A DNA stretch of 64,000 nt from Eledone cirrhosa (taxonomy: Eukaryota): the NCBI GenBank assembly GCA_964016885.1, contig CAXHJY010000552.1, positions 27,033-91,032 on the forward strand, given 5' to 3'. The position numbers were made by a program, and so were the translations under genes. Shown piece after piece: positions 51,391 through 64,000 of the stretch (the first letter of the stretch is position 1; each line of letters begins with the position of its first letter). The notes beneath the pieces are model-generated. The model searched no databases, was not told where the DNA came from, and worked only from the letters and a program-made list of their open reading frames with translations.

Positions 51391-51453
51391 TCAGATTATT
51401 TGGCGAAGCAAGAACAAGATAAATCTTAGGATATTCTTATTCGTCTATTGTAG

Positions 51454-51702
51454 GTGCTAAACCGTAGCATGGACCCCAGAAACCCTGAACAACCGGAAAC
51501 TGCTCTGCCACCATTAATTGCCACACATACAACAGCTGGGCCATTGGTACCACATAACATGATGACCATATCCCGTAAGAGGGATTGTATTCGGTTACGA
51601 AACCTTCCCACTGGAGCCCACGTTACTGATATCCTGACTTATCTTGGAGATTATTCTCAATTTATTGTTTTCCAAGGAGTTCATATGGTCTATGGTGCTA
51701 AT
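51454..51702 (+). CDS. ESRP1: ESRP/fusilli-family, internal exon (linker + qRRM3 N-terminal part)
   Basis: VLNR continues EVQQ; RDCIRLRNLP...DILTYLGDYSQFIVFQGVHMVY; tattgtAG acceptor, AAT|GTAAGT; 249 nt, phase 0-0. Confidence 0.95.
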
Positions 51703-53347
51703 GTAAGTGTGTCTCCTTTACTTATTTTTTCTTTCTCTCTCTCTCAACATTGTTATCTGATGTCCATTTTTCTTCCTAGCAACAGTTTGGACGGATCATT
51801 ACAGACCAAGTCAGTACTTAATCAAATCTATTGACCTCTCAGACGGGCTTTGGGGGATGGGGGTAAAATTCACTTACATACAGAGTGTAGCAGTTGTTGT
51901 GGCACCATTACTAGGGAGGTTATCATATATTTTACACAACTGAAGAGTCTCCTCGACCCTTTGTTTGGAAAGTACTCTGATTGAATTCCCTTTTTATCAC
52001 CAACCACTTTACAGCTTTCATCCCCTTTTTTGGCATGATTTCTAAAACTGGATGCCATTACTATCACTAACCACCTAATAGAGTGTTTAATCATGTTAGT
52101 AACACTAGATAGGTTGTCTTGTCCTTAGTACAACTGAAGAGTCTTCTTGTATCTTTTTTTGGCATGGCATCTGCAGCTAGATACCTTTCCTATGACCAAC
52201 CACCTAACAGGATATACTAGGTGCATTTTTCATGATACCAGCACTAAAGAGGTTATGTTGTGACTGAAGAGTCCTCTCAACACATTTTGGTATGATTTCT
52301 ATGGCTGCATGCTTTTCCTAACACTAACCACTTTACAGAGTATTCTGAGTAATTTATCCTGACACTAGCACTAGAGATGTTGTCAGTCACTGACTTTCTT
52401 GTTCATTTATTTGGTTTTGGGCCCCAACATTCTATGTGCATCTACTCTCTTTTAACACCTACTTACTTCCAGGTTTGTGCAAAGCTGGTAATTGATCTAG
52501 TCCAGATGTGAAATGTAGACTCCCCCTGCAGCTAGCAATACGCCCAGGATAGATGTGAAATGTAGACCCCCTATAAGCTGGTAATAGACCCAGAACAATG
52601 TGAAATGTAGACCCTATTTCAAACTATACATTAAGTATTTTATTAAATCAGTGCTAAATACGTATGGTTTATGTATGAGTTACTAGGATGTACTTACATG
52701 CAACAAGAACTAGAACTTGAGGGGAGTAGACCCCCCCCCCCCTCAAAATTGTAGGCCCATGCCAACTGCCCACCCTGTTCAGCCAACTGTTTCACATCTT
52801 TTTTTTTTCCACATTTTTATAAATCTCAATTTGAACCATGTTCATGGTGCAACAATTCTGAAGGAACCATCATTCCTGGACAAACTGAAGATTTTCGGCA
52901 TCTTTTTATCCCTTCCATTACCATATTTCTGATAGAATACACTGTATTTGAATTAACCATTGAAGAATTTGAAGACATTTACTAAAATTATTTCAATTTT
53001 TAAGATGGTATTTGTAAAATAACCAAAAGGTTTTTATATAAAATTATATTGAAAGGCATTAATTTAAATAAGAACCTTTTAAATAGATAGTTTTGTTCCA
53101 CTGAATCAGAGACAGTTTGGGGGTGAGTTGATATCGAAAGGGTTAAAGTAATTTATTCAAAATATAGTGAATTTGTGTGATTTCATCTATACTCGGAATT
53201 AAGCCATGGCAAGGCAAGATACTGCTGCTATTACGTTCATTAAAAAAAATTGAAACGAAAACTGAGGTGATAATTATGTGGTGGGGAAATGTCATGAGTT
53301 CATTTCTGGTAATCTTCAAAATATTTTAAAATTTCTATTTTATTCAG

Positions 53348-53573
53348 GGTGATCTTTCTGGGGAAGCTTTCATCCAAATGAACTCCGAAGATTCAGCACA
53401 CATCACAGGTCTCCACAAACACAAAAAAACGATGATTTATTCCAACAAGAAGCGTATTATAGATGCCATACAGTGTTCTGCTGATGACATGAACCTTGTT
53501 TTAGCCAGTGGCGTACCAGCTATACTTCCATCTCACCAACATATAATGCCACGTCCAATGTTTCCACCACCAC
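53348..53573 (+). CDS. ESRP1: ESRP/fusilli-family, internal exon (qRRM3 C-terminal part + Pro-rich start)
   Basis: tttctattttattcAG|GGT; GDLSGEAFIQMNSEDSA...QCSADDMNLVL..G; donor CAC|GTAAG; 226 nt, phase 0-1. Confidence 0.93.
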
Positions 53574-54145
53574 GTAAGAGACAGAGCTCACATTTTTTAT
53601 TAAGGATATTTCCAACATACAAGACAGCAAATTGGCAGAGATATTAGAGCATTGGATTAAATGTGTTGCAAAATTTGCTTCAGCTCTTTGTGTTTTGAGT
53701 TCAAATCTTACTGAAGCCAGCATTGCCTTTCATCCTTTTGGGGTGTAGTCCAGTGTAGTGGAATCAGTGAATTTGTTAGTATCAGAGAGGATCCCTTGTT
53801 GTAGATGTTCCAAATGTACATTTTGTAAAGTATGTAAAGGGACATAACCAAATACCAAAAAATATTTCATGTAACACTCTATCAAATTTGCTATCAACCC
53901 ATTAATATATATACCCTGCATACTGAAGTGTCGGTAACTAACCAACACATACTCAAATTTATATATATATCGATTGAGTAACAAGTTCCAAGACCTCATT
54001 TGCTTACCGGACCAACTTCTGGCAGAAAGAGCAACCTGAAATAAAATCTCTTGCTTAAGGACATAACACAGCACCAGGTCCAGGAATTGAATTCACAACC
54101 TCACAACAATTGTGAACCGAATTCTCTAACCACTATGCCACAAGC

Positions 54146-54180
<35 letters not shown>

Positions 54181-54187
<7 letters not shown>

Positions 54188-54447
54188 AAAAAAGATGAAA
54201 TCGAAAATGCAACTGGAGTCTTATTTTTTTTTAAATATATATATTTATTTGGTTCCTTTACCGGTTTCGCAGATGGAGGGTCTGTAGTTTTTCTCACAGA
54301 TGTGAGAAAAACCACAGACCCTCCATCTCAACTCTACTCTTGAAAAGCAGAAGAACTGCGAAACCGGTAAAGGAACCAAATAAATATATATATATTTTAA
54401 AAAATAAGGCTCCAGTTGCATTTTCGATTTCATCTTTTTTCTTTATA
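54181..54447. repeat. Nested inverted repeat, Penelope-like terminal remnant
   Basis: Outer arms ~54181-54272 / 54356-54447, inner hairpin 54271-54328 (agatggagggtctgt...acagaccctccatct). Confidence 0.9.
54336..54373 (+). ncRNA. Minimal hammerhead-like motif, U3-A8 core, weak stem I
   Basis: TTGAAAA GCAG aagaa CTGC GAAA CCGG TA. Confidence 0.5.
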
Positions 54448-54521
54448 CTTTCACTCGTATAGGACACCTCGGTTATTTTTCATTTTGTAAAAAAAACCTC
54501 ACTTTCTAATATATATATATC

Positions 54522-55824
<1,303 letters not shown>

Positions 55825-55847
55825 ATATATATATATATATATATATA

Positions 55848-56483
55848 GCTCTGGTGCAATAAGTAGCAGCAAGTGCCCACAAAATACTAGCTCTTTCAAC
55901 TGCGCAGAGTGTCCTATAGAAATAGTGGACAGCTTCCGTTACCGGGGTGACAAAATCAGCAGTGGGGGAGGGTGCTCTGAAAGTACAGTAGCTAGAGTCA
56001 GAACTGGGTGGAAAAAGTTCAGAGAGCTTATACCACTATTAGCCGCTAAAGGGTTCTCCCTAAAAATGAAAGGCAGGTTGTATGATGCCTGCATACGAAC
56101 AGCAAAGTAAAACCTACTACAGTCAGTAGCCATCTCTAACAAAATACACCCCCGTCCCACCTCCCCCACCCCATCCACACCGCCCCTTTCAATGTAAAGT
56201 TATGTTGGTGCCACAACATCCAGGCCGAAACAAATGAGATCGTGTCGGTGTCACGACAAAAAAACACACAGTCCACACTGTAATGTGGCCGTGTAGGCAA
56301 CACGGTAAAAACCTCCCACACTGTAAATGTGGTTGGTGTTAGGAAGGGCATCCAGCTGTAGAAAACCCGCCAGACAGTCCTATGCGAGCAATGACAACCA
56401 CTCTTGCCTCAAGTGGGAAAACTCCCATCCAAACCCATGCAAGCGTGGAACATGGACGTTAAACGATGATGATGATGATGATG
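55848..56483 (+). mobile_element. Internally deleted RTE LINE fragment
   Basis: DSFRYRGDKISSGGGC...YDACIRTA joined at ~56103 directly to the 3' UTR; (GAT)n tail. Confidence 0.9.
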
Positions 56484-56510
56484 AGATATATATATATATA
56501 TATATATATA

Positions 56511-56796
56511 TAATAAGGAGCAGGAACAGAGTATCAATATAGCATCATTGTTTATTCACATGTGATGCATGTTTTACAATTGATCAGCTCAAAGTACAAT
56601 CAGTATTGATCGGGTCCAACTCTGGAATTGATAGCTCATTAGACTTGTGGATTCCTGACGTCTGATGAGTTATTGATTTCAGAGTCAGGGCCCGGTTGAT
56701 ACTGATTGTACCTTGAGCTGATTAATTGCGAAACATGCATCACATGTGAATAAACAGAATGATGCTATAGTGATACTTCATTCCTACTCCTTATTA
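56511..56796. repeat. ~135-bp-arm imperfect palindrome containing a decayed hammerhead (Penelope-like terminal repeat)
   Basis: Arms 56511-56644 and 56660-56796; CTGATGA at 56662, CGAAAC at 56729, AATAAA downstream. Confidence 0.9.
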
Positions 56797-57134
56797 CTAG
56801 TAATATTAACACTCCTTAAGGATACTAACTACAGTGTAATATCAAATGTGGAATACCACATCGGCAACCAGACCCATATTGACATTGAGTGCTCAAACTG
56901 GTTAACCAATAGTAACTAAACATTACACACCAATAAACTATATGTGTGTGTATGTGCGTTGAAAGAATAACCAAAGAATTTACAGAGATCAATACATTTA
57001 TTATTTGATGTACGTTTTAACAAAAAATGTGAATGATAAAACATATCGATTAATTTACATCAGACTCAAATGAGTGAAAATGTCATATTGTATCAAGTCA
57101 AAACTAAATGGAAAACTATATTTATAAATCTTTG

Positions 57135-57890
57135 TCATCATCATCGTTTTTACATCTGCTTTTCTATGCTTGCATGAGTTGGATGGGTCCTTTTCAGCAT
57201 CTCTCCACTCATCACATTTTTCGTCATTTCCTCAGTAGGTTTCAAAGGTTTTAGATCAGCTCTCACTGCCCCCACTCAAGTCTTCCTTGATATTCCTCTA
57301 CTGAAACTTCCTTCCAGTGGGATTTCCTGACTATTCTTCACCCAGCAATCATCCATGTACATCATATGTCCATACTAATGCAGTCTTCTCACTTCTTGCA
57401 CACTACTTCTTGCACACTACTTCTAATTCCTCTTAAACCCAGTTTCTTTCTTATTTCATACAAACTTTGCCATCCTCTCACATTAACATTGCACATCCAT
57501 TGAAGCATGCATACTTCATTTCTCTGCAGCCTACACGTCCTCTACAGTCACAGCCCATGTTTCACTATCATGCAGCATCACTTGTCACACACAGGAGTCA
57601 TGCAGCTATCCATTCATTCGTAGGCTGAAAATTTTGTTGTCAACAGAGGGAGTAGCTCTCTAAACTTTTTGCATCCTCTCTTTATTCTAGCTACTATGCT
57701 CTCAGAGCACCCTCTTCCAATTCTAATTACATCACCTTGGCAGTAGAAATTATCAACTACTTTTATGGATCCTTTCTGTGATTGGAAAGAGGTTTATATT
57801 AGTGGTACTCTTACTATCAATTGACCCTAAACAACTACATTGAAAATTTTCCTTTTCTCTTAATCTGCCTGCTATCTCACTATACCTCTT
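57135..57890 (-). mobile_element. Older degraded RTE LINE fragment
   Basis: (CAT)n tail at ~57136; cccatgtttcactatcatgcagcat = MLHDSETW on the minus strand. Confidence 0.8.
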
Positions 57891-57917
57891 GTGTACTCAA
57901 GATTTGTATTTTGTACG

Positions 57918-58474
57918 TGAACGGCAGGAGAGGTGGTTGCGTTGGTATGGACATGTGATGCGTATGAAGGATGACAGCTGCATAAAAAGGTGCAGAGCAC
58001 TAGAAGTCAATGGAAACCGCGGAGTGGGGAGACCCAAGAAGACCTGGGATGAGGTGATAAAAGCCGACCTTACCCAATTACACCTCTCAAAGGCGATAAC
58101 ACACGACCTTGACCTCTGGCGTTGCGCAGTAATACAGAGTACCCGACCTCCCATGGGTACAAGCTGAAGCATATAGAAAATATGCCCCACACACTCCCAC
58201 TGCAAAGTGGTCGTGGAGGTGCAACGGCAAAAAAGCACCCAGCCCACACTGTAAAGTGGACGTGTAGGCGCCACGGAAAAAAGCACCCAGCACTCACTGT
58301 AAATGAGGTTGGTGTTAGGAAGGGCATCCAGCTGTAGAAATCAAGCCAGAATCAGTTCCTGCATGAGCAAGGCATGGTCAGCCGACCAGACACTGCCCAC
58401 AACATGACAGCCCGTCTAACCCATGCTAGCGTGGAAGAACGGACGTAAAACGGTGATGATGATGAGGATAATGA
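57918..58474 (+). mobile_element. RTE 3' fragment with 3' UTR variant shared with the SINEs
   Basis: RWLRWYGHVMRMKDDSCIK...GRPKKTW; tail ggtgttaggaagggcatccagctgtagaaa...gatgatgatga. Confidence 0.88.
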
Positions 58475-58476
58475 TG

Positions 58477-63066
<4,590 letters not shown>

Positions 63067-63201
63067 TTAAAAGTGTAATTTTCTACACAAAACGAAGGTT
63101 ATAGAGAAAATTGAGGTTGGTAATGGCACATGGAATATATAAGAGACAGAATACTTTTTTGTGAAAAAACATAATTTTATAAGGAAATAATAAAGGGTAT
63201 A

Positions 63202-63250
63202 AAAAATGACCGGTTTCGATGGGTCTGCAAAAGCCATCTTTTCAAATGTT
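63202..63250 (-). ncRNA. Minimal type I hammerhead ribozyme, U3-A8 variant core
   Basis: aacat TTGAAAA GATGG cttttgcagac CCATC GAAA CCGG TC attt: stem II 5 bp, palindromic stem III, GUC cleavage triplet, stem I 4/5. Confidence 0.65.
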
Positions 63251-63598
63251 GATTAATATTAAGAAAAATTAATAATACGAAGAGTTAAAATTTGAGATTT
63301 GAAAATTCAAGTATAAAATTCATTGTGGGATTTCATAGCAGTTTTCATCTAGGTAGCAACAACAGGTTGACTGCTTACCAGAAAGGGACACAGCAGTGTG
63401 TATACATATATATGTATATATAGCAGTATGTATACATATATATGTATATATATATGTATATGTATATATATTCTAGGAGAAGGAAAACTCTGATATAACA
63501 CCTGCAACCCTGATGGTATCCAATGATGTTGACTTGTTCTTCTGTTTGGTAAATATCATCTTGGTTAAGAGAGTGGGACTGGCTTTGTGCAGCCACCA

Positions 63599-63765
63599 TA
63601 TATGTATATGTTTATATGTATATATATATGTATGTATATGTATATATGTATGTATATGTATATATGTATGTATATATATATATATGTATGTATATATATA
63701 TATATGTATGTATATGTATATATGTATATGTATATATGTATGTATATATGTATATGTATATATAT
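63599..63765. repeat. TA/TATG microsatellite
   Basis: Direct reading. Confidence 0.95.
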
Positions 63766-64000
63766 CATCATCATCATCATCATCATCATCAGGTTTAGCG
63801 TCCGTGTTCCACGCTTGCATGGGTTTGGACGGGGGTTTTCCCACTTGAGGCAAGAGTGGTTGTCTTGCTCGCATAGGACTGTCTGGCAGGTTTTCTACAG
63901 TTGGATGCCCTTCCTAACACCAACCACATTTACAGTGTGGGGCTGGGAGGTTTTTACCGTGTTGCCTACACGGCCACATTACAGCGTGGACTGTCTGGCG
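63765..64000 (-). mobile_element. RTE 3' UTR/tail (continues past window)
   Basis: (CAT)n then cgtccgtgttccacgcttgcatgggtttggacggggg..., near-identical to 54993-55200. Confidence 0.9.

Noticed and set aside
63477-63515. Possible next ESRP exon (ttctAG|GAGAAGGAA...ATG|gtatcc)
   Set aside because: The frame required after the phase-1 donor at 53573 hits TGA; weak splice sites.

Overview
AT-rich, intron- and repeat-dominated eukaryotic DNA; the repeat landscape (TA/TATG microsatellites, tRNA-headed SINEs, RTE tails ending in (GAT)n) suggests a cephalopod/octopus-like mollusc (inference, not verified). Contents: (1) a >=24.6 kb hierarchical 27-bp tandem array (1-24655, open at the window edge) whose minus strand reads as a Thr-rich mucin-like repeat (TTITTKDVS) and whose plus strand is UGGUG-rich; (2) possible decayed minus-strand exons upstream of it; (3) a near full-length Tx1/L1-type LINE inserted in a (CAGA)n tract, with a YADD->YAND change; (4) three plus-strand coding exons of an ESRP/fusilli-family splicing regulator (qRRM2 C-terminal part and a degenerate qRRM3) whose upstream exons are not visible in the window, so everything to the left may be intronic; (5) Penelope-like remnants with hammerhead-ribozyme motifs, two carrying the compensatory U3-A8 core; (6) many RTE fragments and SINEs, several in inverted pairs; (7) a 4.6 kb TA/TATG microsatellite. 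The most interesting leads are a possible ESRP autoregulatory set-up (candidate poison exon plus a giant UGGUG array), variant hammerheads and a G.U-biased hairpin.
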